Of a stretch of DNA of 64,000 nt, positions 1-11,180 are shown piece by piece. Both the position numbers and the translations under genes were made by a program. Source of the DNA: an uncultured Clostridia bacterium. Its GTDB lineage: Bacteria; Bacillota; Clostridia; TANB77; CAG-508. The stretch lies in NCBI GenBank assembly GCA_934121925.1, contig CAKOVK010000002.1, positions 16,038-80,037 of the forward strand. The letters are read 5' to 3'. How positions within the stretch are numbered: position 1 is the first letter of the stretch; each line of letters opens with the position of its first letter. The notes beneath the pieces are model-generated. The model saw only the letters and a program-made list of their open reading frames with translations. It searched no databases and was not told where the DNA came from.

Positions 1-1258
<1,258 letters not shown>

Positions 1259-1259
<1 letters not shown>

Positions 1260-2278
1260 TATTCTTCTCCTTCAAAGTAGTCTAATTTCATTGCTTTTCT
1301 TACTTTTGTCATAGTTTCTTTTGCTTTTTTTCTTGCTTTTTCTGTTCCTTCCATTAGTATTTTATCTACTAATTCCGGGTGTGCTTCATAGTATTCTCTT
1401 TTTTCTCTAATTGGTTTTAATGTTTCTATAATATTTTTTGCAAGTTCCTTTTTGCATGCTACACAACCACGTTTTCCTTCTCTACATTCCTCGCATACTT
1501 TATTTAATTCTTCTTTTGCTGTAAATAAATTGTGATAATATGCAACCATACATATATCAGGATTTCCTAAATCATCTTTTCTTATTCTATTTGGGTCAGT
1601 TACAGCTCCCATTACTTTTTTAGTAATTTCTTCTTCTGAATCTGATAAATATATTGCATTTCCTAGTGATTTTCCCATTTTTTCATTTCCATCTAAGCCT
1701 TTTATTCTTTTTGTGTTTGAAAGAACCGCTTCTGGCTCTATTAAAACTTCTCCATATATACTATTAAATTTTCTAACAATTTCTCTACATTGTTCAATTA
1801 AAGGTAATTGATCTTCTCCTACTGGTACTAATTTTCCTTCAAAAGCTGTTATATCTGCTGCTTGGCTTACTGGGTATCCTAAGAAACCATATGTTACACT
1901 CTCTCCAAAAACATCTCTTTTTTGTGCAATTTCTGTTTTTACTGTTGGATTTCTTTGAAGTCTTGCTATTGTAACTAGGTTTGAATAGTATACCGTAAGT
2001 TCTGCAACTTCTGGTATCATTGATTGAATGTATATAGTAGTTTTGCTTGGATCTATTCCTACTGATAAATAATCCATCGCTACTTCTCTTACGTTTTTTC
2101 TGACTTTTTCTGGGTTACTAAAATTATCTGTTAATGCTTGAACATCAGCAATTAATATATATTGATTATAATTTTCACTTTCTTGTAGTTCCACTCTTGT
2201 CTTTAAAGAACCAAAATAGTGACCTATATGTAATTTTCCTGTTGGTCTATCTCCTGTAAGAACTATTTTTTTCTCCAT
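1259..2278 (-). CDS. trpS: Tryptophan--tRNA ligase
   Basis: 339 aa ORF with class I HIGH (TGKLHIGHY) and KMSKS-like (KMGKS) motifs. Its stop overlaps the obg start as TAATG. Confidence 0.92.
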
Positions 2279-2424
2279 AATTTACACCTCTCATTTTTTA
2301 TATTTACATATTATATACTACTTTTCACATTATTACAATAAAACCAAATTGAAAAATTATTGGCATTTACAATGTTTTTCTGTTAAACAAAAAACTCTCC
2401 AAATGTATTGAAGAGTTTTTTAAA

Positions 2425-2688
2425 CTAATTATTTTCTACTGGGTAAACACTTACTTGTTTTTTGTCTTTACCTTTTCTTTCGAACTTAACTGTTCCATCT
2501 ACTACTGCAAATAAAGTATCATCAGAACCTTTTTTTACATTAACTCCTGGATGCATTTTTGTTCCTCTTTGTCTTACTAATATATTTCCAGCAAGAACGA
2601 ATTGTCCGTCTGCTCTTTTTACTCCTAAACGTTTTGACTCACTGTCTCTACCGTTTTTAACACTACCTTGCCCTTTTTTATGTGCCAT
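2425..2688 (-). CDS. rpmA: 50S ribosomal protein L27, no N-terminal propeptide
   Basis: [24 protein letters not shown]... is typical L27. Confidence 0.95.
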   Translation of the reverse strand: MAHKKGQGSVKNGRDSESKRLGVKRADGQFVLAGNILVRQRGTKMHPGVNVKKGSDDTLFAVVDGTVKFERKGKDKKQVSVYPVENN

Positions 2689-2737
2689 TTATAATTCACT
2701 CCCTTCACGTTTACTACAATCTATTGTTTTTTAGTTA

Positions 2738-3163
2738 CTACTCTTTTACTTCTTCTTTTTTTGTAGCAGTTTTCTTTGCTGTTGTAGCTTTAGTTGCTGT
2801 TTTTTTTGTTGCTGGTTTTTCAGCTGTTTCTGCTTTTTCAGCTTTAGCTGTTGCAGTTTTTATTGATGTTATTTCTACTTTTGTATAAGGTTGTCTATGT
2901 CCTTGTTTCTTTCTTTCATTCTTTTTAGCTTTCATTTTGAAAACGATAATTTTTTTACCTTTTCCATGAGCTACTACTTTACCTTCTACTTTAACACCTT
3001 TTACGTAAGGGTTACCAACTTGTACTTTTCCGTTATCAGATACTAATATTACTTTATCAAAAGTAACTTTTTTTCCTTCTTCTGCATCTAATTTTTCAAA
3101 AAATACTACGTCTTTTTCTTCTACTTTGTATTGCTTTCCACAAGCTTCAATTAATGCGTACAT
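2738..3163 (-). CDS. rplU: 50S ribosomal protein L21 with a Lys/Ala/Thr-rich C-terminal extension of about 40 aa
   Basis: [25 protein letters not shown]... is an L21 core. Tail: [39 protein letters not shown]. Confidence 0.93.
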   Translation of the reverse strand: MYALIEACGKQYKVEEKDVVFFEKLDAEEGKKVTFDKVILVSDNGKVQVGNPYVKGVKVEGKVVAHGKGKKIIVFKMKAKKNERKKQGHRQPYTKVEITSIKTATAKAEKAETAEKPATKKTATKATTAKKTATKKEEVKE

Positions 3164-3289
3164 TCTTTATACGACCTCCATTATTAATACTCGCTAAGAT
3201 TAAACCTAGGTAGCTTTCGCCTTTATGACCTAGCTTATGCGGCTTACAGATAAATATTTTACCATAATACAAGCTCTTTTGTCAATCAT

Positions 3290-6200
3290 TTATTTTAATT
3301 TCATTGAAAGAAGTTTTGATATTCCGTTTTCTTCCATTGTTATTCCATATACAGTGTCTGCTGCTTCCATTGTTCCTTTTCTATGTGTTATTACTAAGAA
3401 TTGTGTTTCTTTTGTAAATTTTTTTAAGTAATCTGCAAATCTATAAACATTAACATCATCTAAAGCAGCTTCTATTTCATCTAGTACGCAGAATGGAGCT
3501 GGGTTAATCTTTAATATTGCAAATAATAGTGCTATTGCTGTAAATGCTTTTTCTCCTCCTGATAAAAGAGTCATGCTTTGAAGTTTCTTTCCTGGTGGTT
3601 GTACTTCTATGTCTATTCCGCATTCTAATATATTATTTTCGTCAGCAAGTTTTAATTCTGCTTTTCCTCCTCCAAAAAGTTCACTAAATACTTCTCCAAA
3701 ATTTCTATTTATAATTTTAAACTGTGTTTCAAATTGCTCTTTCATTATTTTTGTCATATCTTGTATTACTTTTCTTAGTTTATTACTAGAATCTTCTAAA
3801 TCTAGTCTTTGTTCACACATAAAGTCATATCTTTCTTTTGTCTGTTTATACTCTTCTATAGAGTCTATATTAATGCTTCCTAAAGATTTTATCTCATCTC
3901 TTAAATGTTTTACTTTTTTAGTGGTTTCACTTACATTTTCAGGTTTTTTATATTCCCCTTCAATGTTATTTGGTGTTATTTCATAGTCTTCCCACATTTT
4001 ATTTATAATTTGTTCTAATTCGTATTCTATTTTAGATTTTTTAACTTCTTGTTTTGTTATTTGTGCTTTTAAATCTTCAATTACTTTAAATTGATTTGCA
4101 ATTTCTTCTTCTGTTTTATTTAACTCTTCATTTTTAGCAATTCTCTCGTTCTTTAGTTCTTCTACTCTTCCTCCGCTATCTTTAACTTCTTGTTTCATTT
4201 GCTCTATTTGTTCATTTAAAGATAATATTTGTTCTTCTAAAGTTTTATTATCTTCTGTTATTTTTTCTCTTAATGCCTTTTTATTCTCTATACTTGTTTT
4301 GTTATTTTCTATATCTTGATCAATTCTTTGTAGCATTTCATCAATAGATGTAGTGCTCTCATCAAATGAACTAACAGATATTTTTAAATTAGTAATATCA
4401 AAATTTAAGTCATCTATATATTTTTGATTATCTTTGTTTTTGTCTGCATATGTTTTTATTTCAGTATTTAAATCTTCTATTTCCTTTACTAGCTCTTCTA
4501 TTTCTTGTTCAAGATTTTGTTTTTCATTTACGCTTTCTTTCTTTTTTTCATCTATTTCTTTTAGTTCTTCTCTAAGAGTATTAAGTCTCTTTTCTAATCT
4601 TTCTATATTTTCTTCTATTGATACAACCTTTTGTTTCTCTGTAGCATATACTATTTCTGTATCCTGCATAGCATGCTCTAATCCCATTACTTCTTCTACA
4701 ACATCTTCTTCGGATTTTTCGTATTCTGACTTTTCGTTTTCTAAATCCTCTATTTTCTTATTTAAAATTTTTATTTCTTTTTCTAGTTCTTGTATTTGTG
4801 ATGTTCTACCAATTATGTTATTAGTTTTTACTGTTGTTGATCCTCCTGTTATTGCTCCGCTTGGGTTTACTACATCTCCCTTTAAAGTAACTATTCTAAA
4901 ACCATAACTGTTCTGTCTTGCAAGAATTATTGCAGTTTCCATATTGTCTACTATTACTGTTCTTCCTAGTAAATTCAAAATTATTCCTTCATACTTTTTA
5001 TTTACTTTTACTAAGTCTGCTGCAATTCCTATTACACCACTCAAATTGTTTTTTATTAGTCTATCTATTTTTTTACCTTTTACAGAAGCTATTGGTAAGA
5101 ATGAAGCTCTTCCTAAATTATTTTTTCTTAAATGCTCTATCAATTTTTTTGCATCTTCTTCTGTATCTGTTACTATATTTTGAAGTGTTTGTCCCAAGGT
5201 CATTTCTATTGCTGTTTCATATTCTTTTGGAACAGTTAATATATTTGCTAAAACCCCATGCATGCCCTTTTCTAAGTTTGCATCTTTATCACAATCTAAT
5301 AGTAAAGATTTTACACTTCTTATATAGCCTTCCTTTTCTTTTTCCATATCACTTAGAAACTTTAGTTTTGATTCTTTAACTCTTAAATCTGTAGATAATG
5401 CATTTATTTTGTCTTGATATTGTTTTAGTTTTTCAATACTTGTTTGTCTTTTATTATTTATTTCTTCTAGTTTTTTACTTGTTTCATTTCTTTTTGCTTC
5501 TATTTCATAAAAGTTTTTTGATATTTCATTTTTTTCTAATCTTTTTTGATCTAGTTCTGATATTGTATTTGATATTTCGTTTTTTACTACTTTTTCTCTT
5601 TTTTCTAAATTTTCATAATTTACTTCTTGGATGTTTATTAATGTAGCTTTTTCATATTTTAAATCGGTGTTTTCTTCCGCCTTTTTCTTTTTTTCTTCTA
5701 TTACTTTTTCTTCTGTTGATAATTTAGAACTTAACTTTTCTAGTTCTAACTCTTTTTCTTCTAGTTCTTTTGAAAATTTTTCTCTGTTTGAAAACAAATT
5801 ATTTTTCTTATCTAGTCTTTGTTTTTTCTCATCTTCTAATTCTGTTATTCTTATTGTTATTTCTTCTATCTCTTTTAAATATCTTTCATAATTTTCTTTG
5901 TTGTTTGATATTCTCTCATTTGCAATACTAATATCTGAATTTATTTTTTCTTGCTTTTTACTCATTTCAAATCCCAAATTTTGGGTTTCTTCTATTTTTA
6001 ATGTAATCTCATCTATAGCCTTTTTCAATTTTTCTTTTGAATTTTGACTATCTTGCATTCTAGCTTCCTCATTAGCATTTTGACTCACAAAGATATCTAT
6101 ATCCTTTGTAATTTCAGCTATTTTTTCTTTATAATTATCTATGTTAAATAGAAATAGACCTATTTCTATTCCTTTTAATTCTTCTCTCAAATCTAAAAAC

Positions 6201-6841
6201 TTCTTTGCCTTTTCAGATTGTTTCTTTAATGGTTCTATATTTACTTCTATTTCTGATAAAATATCATTTATCCTTAAAAGATTTACTTTAGTTTGTTCTA
6301 ATTTTTTTTCAGAATCATTTTTTCTTGTTCTATATTTTACAATCCCAGCAGCTTCTTCAAATATTGCACGTCTATCTTCTGATTTATTACTTAGTATTTC
6401 ATCTATTTTACCTTGTCCTATTATTGAATATCCATCTTTTCCAATTCCTGTGTCCATAAATAGTTCTAGTACATCTTTCAATCTGCAAGGAGTTTTATTT
6501 ATATAGTATCCAGACTCTCCACTTCTATATATTCTTCTTGTAACTGTAACCTCTGAATATTCTATTGGTAACTTTCCATCGGAGTTATCTATTACTATTG
6601 AGGCTTCTGCAAACCCTAAAGATTTTCTACTTTGTGTTCCAGCAAATATTATATCTTCAGATTTTGCTCCTCTTAAAGATTTCATGCTTTGTTCTCCAAG
6701 CACCCATCTAATACTATCCGATATATTACTTTTTCCAGATCCGTTTGGACCAATTACTGTTGTAATACCTGGCATAAATTCTAATACTGTTTTATCTGCA
6801 AACGATTTAAATCCTTGCAACTCTAATCTTTTTAAGTACAT
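3290..6841 (-). CDS. smc: Chromosome partition protein Smc
   Basis: Walker A GPNGSGKSN, long coiled coils, hinge, signature LSGGEKA and Walker B LDEIEAALD. Start placed at MYLKRLELQGF (ATG 6841) behind AAGGTGGA. The track's upstream extension to 6904 runs through a hairpin. Confidence 0.93.
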   Translation of the reverse strand: MYLKRLELQGFKSFADKTVLEFMPGITTVIGPNGSGKSNISDSIRWVLGEQSMKSLRGAKSEDIIFAGTQSRKSLGFAEASIVIDNSDGKLPIEYSEVTVTRRIYRSGESGYYINKTPCRLKDVLELFMDTGIGKDGYSIIGQGKIDEILSNKSEDRRAIFEEAAGIVKYRTRKNDSEKKLEQTKVNLLRINDILSEIEVNIEPLKKQSEKAKKFLDLREELKGIEIGLFLFNIDNYKEKIAEITKDIDIFVSQNANEEARMQDSQNSKEKLKKAIDEITLKIEETQNLGFEMSKKQEKINSDISIANERISNNKENYERYLKEIEEITIRITELEDEKKQRLDKKNNLFSNREKFSKELEEKELELEKLSSKLSTEEKVIEEKKKKAEENTDLKYEKATLINIQEVNYENLEKREKVVKNEISNTISELDQKRLEKNEISKNFYEIEAKRNETSKKLEEINNKRQTSIEKLKQYQDKINALSTDLRVKESKLKFLSDMEKEKEGYIRSVKSLLLDCDKDANLEKGMHGVLANILTVPKEYETAIEMTLGQTLQNIVTDTEEDAKKLIEHLRKNNLGRASFLPIASVKGKKIDRLIKNNLSGVIGIAADLVKVNKKYEGIILNLLGRTVIVDNMETAIILARQNSYGFRIVTLKGDVVNPSGAITGGSTTVKTNNIIGRTSQIQELEKEIKILNKKIEDLENEKSEYEKSEEDVVEEVMGLEHAMQDTEIVYATEKQKVVSIEENIERLEKRLNTLREELKEIDEKKKESVNEKQNLEQEIEELVKEIEDLNTEIKTYADKNKDNQKYIDDLNFDITNLKISVSSFDESTTSIDEMLQRIDQDIENNKTSIENKKALREKITEDNKTLEEQILSLNEQIEQMKQEVKDSGGRVEELKNERIAKNEELNKTEEEIANQFKVIEDLKAQITKQEVKKSKIEYELEQIINKMWEDYEITPNNIEGEYKKPENVSETTKKVKHLRDEIKSLGSINIDSIEEYKQTKERYDFMCEQRLDLEDSSNKLRKVIQDMTKIMKEQFETQFKIINRNFGEVFSELFGGGKAELKLADENNILECGIDIEVQPPGKKLQSMTLLSGGEKAFTAIALLFAILKINPAPFCVLDEIEAALDDVNVYRFADYLKKFTKETQFLVITHRKGTMEAADTVYGITMEENGISKLLSMKLK

Positions 6842-6994
6842 CTTTTCCACCTTTTCGTTTTTAACAAATTTTAGGGGCGGACGACATTGTCTGCCCCTAA
6901 ACATTAATTTAATATATATAATATATTAAAAAACACTTTTTATCAACATTTTTTTGCATTTTTTAAGAGGGTAATTTAAATACCCTCTTATATT

Positions 6995-8713
6995 TTATTG
7001 TTCTTCTATTATGGCCTTACTAATATATCCTTCACTATCTTTTTCAAAAGAAATATTATATTTTTTACTAGATTCTATGCTTGTTATTGTACTATTATAG
7101 TCTATTTTGTGTGTAGGATCTGTTATATTATTTTGCTCTATAGCACTAATCAAAGTCTTAACACTAGCACCACTTTGTATTCCTTCATATGAAGTAAATC
7201 TAATATTAAACACTTCTATTGCTTGATTTTCGACAAGTTGTAATTCTCTTTCTTGAGTTTCTTGAGAGTTTATTGCTGCTTTTCTTGCTGTCTCAAATAA
7301 ACTATTATTTAAAGTAATTGTTGTTACTACTCCAAAAACTGTTTTTTCTTCGTCTATTTTTTCATATATCATTGCTATTAAATTTCTAGTCAAATTACTT
7401 ATTTGTTCTCCATCAAATTGATTTATTATTGCATAGTCACCTTCTTTAAATTTTTCTGTTTCTATATTTTCTCCAAAACTCTTTGTACTGTCATATGATA
7501 TATTAATGTTTACATTTTCTTCTAGAAAATCAAAGTCTAGCTTAAGACTATTTTTAATATTTTGTGAATCTAGTCTTCCTTCTCTTAAAAATCTAATTGT
7601 TGAATTTGCTATTTCTTTATCATTTTGATTTATTAAAACTTTACAAAATATATCTTCTTTTTCTTGAACATTTATGTTTTTATTTAAATTAAAACTCATA
7701 TTTGATTTATCATCATCACTAGTTACATATAGTAAAAAGTCATATTTATCTTCAAGTTTTTCTACTGAAAATTCTATTTTTCCATCATTTTCTTCTAGTT
7801 CTATTGTTCCAACTAATTTTATAGTTTTTTTACCTTGTTTATATACTTTTACAGCTATATTAGTTTTAATATTTTCTTGTGAAATTTCGTCTATTGATGT
7901 TTGCATCGTTTGTTTGTAATTTTCTAAATCGACTTCTGTTTCGCTTAGTTTATTTAACAAATTATATGCTTCTTCATCTTCTTTCATAGTGTTTAATATA
8001 TTTATTAAAATTTCTTTTAGTAAATTCTTACTAATTTCAACTTGATAACCATCCGCATTTATTTCTTTATTATCAAAAGTAATGCTTTCATTTTTTATTT
8101 TAGAATAATTTTCATTAGGTACTTGTTCTATTGCTAAATTAATATATTTAGTAAATATTTGTTCTATTGCTTTTTGTTCTTCTTCACTCATCACTCCTTT
8201 ATCTTGTATTTCTAATTTGTTTGGTATATTATCTGTATTTTCTATTCCTAATTTTTGTGCAAACTCTTTTAAATTATTATTTTCCAAAACAATATATTGC
8301 TTAATTAAGTCTTCAAACCTTAATCCATATAAATCTTCATTTCTTAAATAATCAATTGTCAATTTTTTTTCATCATTTTGCTTCATATTAATTTTGGCAC
8401 TAGCAAAATTCTCTCCTGGTTTTGATTTTGTTTCAAAGTCAAATTCTTCATTTATAACTTCTTCATTATTTCCTTTAACATTTATAGAAACATTTCCCTT
8501 ATTAGTATTATTTTCATTTTTTACTCTCTCTTGGTATCTACTATATTCATCGGTTGCTATTATATCTCCTATCCTTATTTGAGAAATGTATTTATAGAAC
8601 ATTTCTTTATCAGATTTAAAAATATCTGTTGCAAAATATAATGTTGCAAACGTAGCACATCCCAAAAGTAGTACTATAGCCAAAGCTATAATTGTTATTT
8701 GCATTTTTTTCAT
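6995..8713 (-). CDS. Hypothetical membrane-anchored protein (single N-terminal TM helix, 572 aa)
   Basis: Long uninterrupted ORF with hydrophobic N-terminus MKKMQITIIALAIVLLLGCATFATLYF. No family recognised. Confidence 0.6.
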   Translation of the reverse strand: MKKMQITIIALAIVLLLGCATFATLYFATDIFKSDKEMFYKYISQIRIGDIIATDEYSRYQERVKNENNTNKGNVSINVKGNNEEVINEEFDFETKSKPGENFASAKINMKQNDEKKLTIDYLRNEDLYGLRFEDLIKQYIVLENNNLKEFAQKLGIENTDNIPNKLEIQDKGVMSEEEQKAIEQIFTKYINLAIEQVPNENYSKIKNESITFDNKEINADGYQVEISKNLLKEILINILNTMKEDEEAYNLLNKLSETEVDLENYKQTMQTSIDEISQENIKTNIAVKVYKQGKKTIKLVGTIELEENDGKIEFSVEKLEDKYDFLLYVTSDDDKSNMSFNLNKNINVQEKEDIFCKVLINQNDKEIANSTIRFLREGRLDSQNIKNSLKLDFDFLEENVNINISYDSTKSFGENIETEKFKEGDYAIINQFDGEQISNLTRNLIAMIYEKIDEEKTVFGVVTTITLNNSLFETARKAAINSQETQERELQLVENQAIEVFNIRFTSYEGIQSGASVKTLISAIEQNNITDPTHKIDYNSTITSIESSKKYNISFEKDSEGYISKAIIEEQ

Positions 8714-8832
8714 ATGTTACCACCCTTTCTTTTATTATTTGATTATAACATATTAAGCTACTAATATCTACAAATTCTATCACTTTATTATTTTTTATTT
8801 CATATTATATATTAATAATAAAAAGAAAGGAA

Positions 8833-9294
8833 ATGATAGACATGGATTTTGAAAAAGATTTTTGCCCAGTAGTCAAAGTTGATGGTTTTATTGAAAAAGG
8901 TAAACAATTTGATATTGAAATTAATATGCCTGAAGATAATAGAAATGCTATATTTGGAGTTATAAAGGATTGTTTTAAAGAACCTGTTGAAGATGCAGTT
9001 GTAAAGCTTATTGAAATTGACAATGATTGTGGAAAAGAAGAAAGAAAACCAGTTTCTCACACATTCACAGACAAAGATGGAGAATTTGTTTTTGGTCCTC
9101 TTTGTCCTGACAAAAAATACGAAATACAATTTTGGGCTAACAAAGTAAAACACATTAAGATTTGTGCAGATTGCAAACACCAAGGAAAATGCTTAAAGGG
9201 TGTAAAACTTGACTGTCCTAAAAAAACTTGTAATGATGATTGTAAGCCTGAGCATGAACACGATCATTTTTTAAAACCAAATTGCTGTAAATAA
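8833..9294 (+). CDS. Hypothetical Cys/His-rich protein
   Basis: 153 aa ORF with a GGAAA purine-rich stretch upstream and a C-terminal CxxC-rich tail (KICADCKHQGKC...NCCK). No confident family. Confidence 0.5.
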   Translation: MIDMDFEKDFCPVVKVDGFIEKGKQFDIEINMPEDNRNAIFGVIKDCFKEPVEDAVVKLIEIDNDCGKEERKPVSHTFTDKDGEFVFGPLCPDKKYEIQFWANKVKHIKICADCKHQGKCLKGVKLDCPKKTCNDDCKPEHEHDHFLKPNCCK

Positions 9295-9297
9295 TAT

Positions 9298-9386
9298 AGT
9301 GAAGCGCCTTAAGTCGGCCTTTGCTCTGTCCAATTTGAGTTTCTGAATAAAATGAGAAAATCTTAAAGATAATAGCAATTATAGGA
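9298..9386 (+). repeat. Family D composite element, diverged copy D1
   Basis: GAAGCGCCTTAAGTCGGCCTTTGCTC hairpin, then AATTTGAGTTTCTGAATAAAATGAGAAAATCTTAAAGATAATAGCAATTATAGGA. Aligns with D3 and D4. Confidence 0.7.
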
Positions 9387-9390
9387 TATA

Positions 9391-9429
9391 AAAAAATCAC
9401 GCAAAGAAAAATCTTTACGTGATTTTTTT
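9391..9429. terminator. Bidirectional hairpin terminator
   Basis: AAAAAATCACG-loop-CGTGATTTTTTT between the convergent 8833-9294 (+) and 9428-9565 (-) ORFs. Confidence 0.7.
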
Positions 9430-9565
9430 AAAAGGCTCCTAGTTTTTTAGCTAGTTGTTTTCCCCTTTTCATTATTTTCTTTTTATTCATCATACCATCA
9501 TTGTACATAATTGCCATTCCAGCTGCAATTGCTGTGCCTATAAGCATTCCTTTAACAAATTTCAT
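9428..9565 (-). CDS. Small YtxH-like membrane protein (45 aa, below the ORF-track cutoff)
   Basis: Hand translation gives MKFVKGMLIGTAIAAGMAIMYNDGMMNKKKIMKRGKQLAKKLGAF. AAGGAGAAAAG lies upstream and a hairpin terminator follows directly. Confidence 0.45.
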   Translation of the reverse strand: MKFVKGMLIGTAIAAGMAIMYNDGMMNKKKIMKRGKQLAKKLGAF

Positions 9566-9593
9566 TACACTTTTCTCCTTTCTAATTATGATA

Positions 9594-9702
9594 AATTGTA
9601 ATTTGTTTAGTTCCGGGTGAATTCAGGACAGTCCCCAAAATCCCCAGGCTTGGTGATTTTGAGGGACTGTCCCTAGAATTCCCCCTCACACAAATCACAA
9701 TT
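9594..9702 (+). repeat. Family A MITE-like element, copy A1 (about 109 nt, terminal inverted repeats AATTGTAATTTGT / ACAAATCACAATT)
   Basis: Core reads TTCAGGACAGTCCCCAAAATCCCCAGGCTTGGTGATTTTGAGGGACTGTCCCTAGAATTCCCCC. Nearly identical copies lie at 16089-16197 and 37664-37772. Confidence 0.85.
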
Positions 9703-9704
9703 TT

Positions 9705-10097
9705 TTATTCTATATTTTTATTATTGCTTTTTCTTTCTTTTTTATACTGAATTACTAATGAATATATTTCATATATTGTAATTAATATCAAAAAAATTCC
9801 AAAATATTTTTTTAAGTACTTTACATCTAGTTTAACAGAAATTTTTGCTCCTATTATAGCTCCAACTATTCCTGAAATTGCAACAGGCAATCCTATTTTC
9901 CAATTTATTAGTTTCTCTTTTATTGTGGTAATTATTGCAGAAATAGATGTAGGTATAAAAAATACTAGATTAGTTGCCTGAGCAATATGCTGATCTACTC
10001 CCATAAAAACAGAAAGTACAAGAATAAGAATTGCTCCTCCTCCCATACCTATGCCACTTACCATTCCTGAAATTATTCCTGTAAAAAATTCTAACAT
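9705..10097 (-). CDS. TSUP (TauE/SafE, DUF81) transporter, half-size subunit
   Basis: 130 aa, 4 predicted TM helices, Gly-rich helices (GMGGGAILIL). Paired with the adjacent half-size gene. Confidence 0.7.
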   Translation of the reverse strand: MLEFFTGIISGMVSGIGMGGGAILILVLSVFMGVDQHIAQATNLVFFIPTSISAIITTIKEKLINWKIGLPVAISGIVGAIIGAKISVKLDVKYLKKYFGIFLILITIYEIYSLVIQYKKERKSNNKNIE

Positions 10098-10117
10098 TTA
10101 TTTATCCTTTTCCATAA

Positions 10118-10462
10118 TTACAAAATCATTCTTATTGATACATAAATTAAAAATATTATAAATACTATTTTTAAGATTTTATCTGACAATTTTTTTAATA
10201 GCTTTGAGCCTAAAAAACCTCCTATTATTCCACCTATAGCACATTTTATTCCTATATTCCAATCTATATAATTATTAGTATAATAAAGTAATCCACTTGC
10301 AACTACCATTGGCAAAATTGCAAAAACAGAGGTTGCTCTAGCCTCTGCCTCATTCAATTTAAAAATGTGAACAAATGCAGGCACAACAATCATTCCTCCT
10401 CCTGCTGCAAACAGTCCACTTATGAAACCCGCAATAATACCAACTACTATTTTTTTAGTCAT
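10118..10462 (-). CDS. TSUP (TauE/SafE, DUF81) transporter, half-size subunit
   Basis: 114 aa with AAGGGMIVVPAF motif. Has its own stop, and the downstream partner has a GGAAAAGGA RBS. Confidence 0.7.
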   Translation of the reverse strand: MTKKIVVGIIAGFISGLFAAGGGMIVVPAFVHIFKLNEAEARATSVFAILPMVVASGLLYYTNNYIDWNIGIKCAIGGIIGGFLGSKLLKKLSDKILKIVFIIFLIYVSIRMIL

Positions 10463-10700
10463 CTTCCTCTAATTTCTCTTTACCCTTTACATAGTACTTA
10501 TTAAACATTTCTTCTGCTAATATAGTAAGTTCATTATCACATTTTAGCATTTGAAAAATTATTTCTTTTCTTAATTCTTCGTTTTGTATATTTTCTGCTT
10601 TATCTAGAAAAGTTTGTAATTCTTTTAAATATTTTTGGCTATTAGCCTTCCAATTTTCATTTTCTATTTTTTTCATATCTTTAGTTTTACAAATTATCAT
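10455..10700 (-). CDS. Hypothetical protein (81 aa)
   Basis: ORF overlaps the TSUP gene start by 8 nt. No family recognised. Confidence 0.4.
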   Translation of the reverse strand: MIICKTKDMKKIENENWKANSQKYLKELQTFLDKAENIQNEELRKEIIFQMLKCDNELTILAEEMFNKYYVKGKEKLEEDD

Positions 10701-10848
10701 TTTTTTATACTCCCATTTTTTGTTAATATTATACCAGTGTTTTTACTGTTAGGCAACATATTATTACGTTTATAGTTATATTAATTTTAATCAATGTTAT
10801 TTTAAAACTTAAAATGATAAAATACAACAAATTTCGTGCAGTCTTTTT

Positions 10849-11088
10849 TTGCAGAATGGGGGTTTTATGATTAAAATTAAAATATCTGATTTATTAGGAA
10901 AACACAAAATGACTCAAAAGGCCTTGTCTGAACTTACAGGAATTAGACCTGCTACTATTTCTAAAATGTACTATGAAGAAGTAAAAAGAATTGATGTTAA
11001 GCACTTAAATAACATTTGCAAAGCCTTTGATTGTGAAATATCTGAGCTGTTAGAATACGTTCCAGACAAAAAAGAAATAAAAAAGTAA
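10849..11088 (+). CDS. XRE/Cro-family helix-turn-helix regulator
   Basis: KMTQKALSELTGIRPATISKMY is an HTH motif. The likely true start is the internal MIKIKISD. A hairpin terminator follows. Confidence 0.7.
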   Translation: MQNGGFMIKIKISDLLGKHKMTQKALSELTGIRPATISKMYYEEVKRIDVKHLNNICKAFDCEISELLEYVPDKKEIKK

Positions 11089-11126
11089 ACCGAAAGGTAT
11101 TTTAAAGCTTTTCGGTTTACTTTTTT
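11087..11126 (+). terminator. Rho-independent terminator
   Basis: AAACCGAAAG-loop-CTTTTCGGTTT followed by a T run. Confidence 0.7.
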
Positions 11127-11180
11127 ACATATACAACAATGTTAGGCCTCCTTAATTCTACCTAAATATTATTTCGTTCT

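Noticed and set aside
2279-2424. A T-box leader upstream of trpS
   Set aside because: The spacer is only 146 nt, largely taken up by the rpmA terminator hairpin. I could not find a specifier-loop/T-box (AGGGUGGNACC-like) sequence.
3164-3289. An L21 leader RNA upstream of rplU
   Set aside because: It is plausible by position, but I could not verify the conserved structure by eye, so it is not reported as a feature.
3609-6506. Plus-strand track ORFs antisense to smc (3609-3986, 4434-4907, 4918-5379, 5398-5646, 5631-5891, 6141-6506). Similar antisense ORFs lie opposite other long genes, for example 34883-35449, 37933-38535 and 42287-42823.
   Set aside because: They are low-complexity Ser/Phe/Leu-rich translations lying fully inside strongly supported genes on the other strand. 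This is the typical artefact of AT-rich, Lys/Glu-rich coding sequence read in reverse.
6842-6904. The N-terminal 21-codon extension of smc in the track ORF
   Set aside because: The extension runs through a GC-rich hairpin and has no RBS. MYLKRLELQGF with AAGGTGGA upstream is the canonical SMC start.
9705-10462. The two TSUP ORFs as another frameshifted gene
   Set aside because: The upstream ORF ends at a genuine stop with a 20-nt gap and a GGAAAAGGA RBS before the second ATG. No CGG is present. Half-size DUF81 pairs are a known arrangement.
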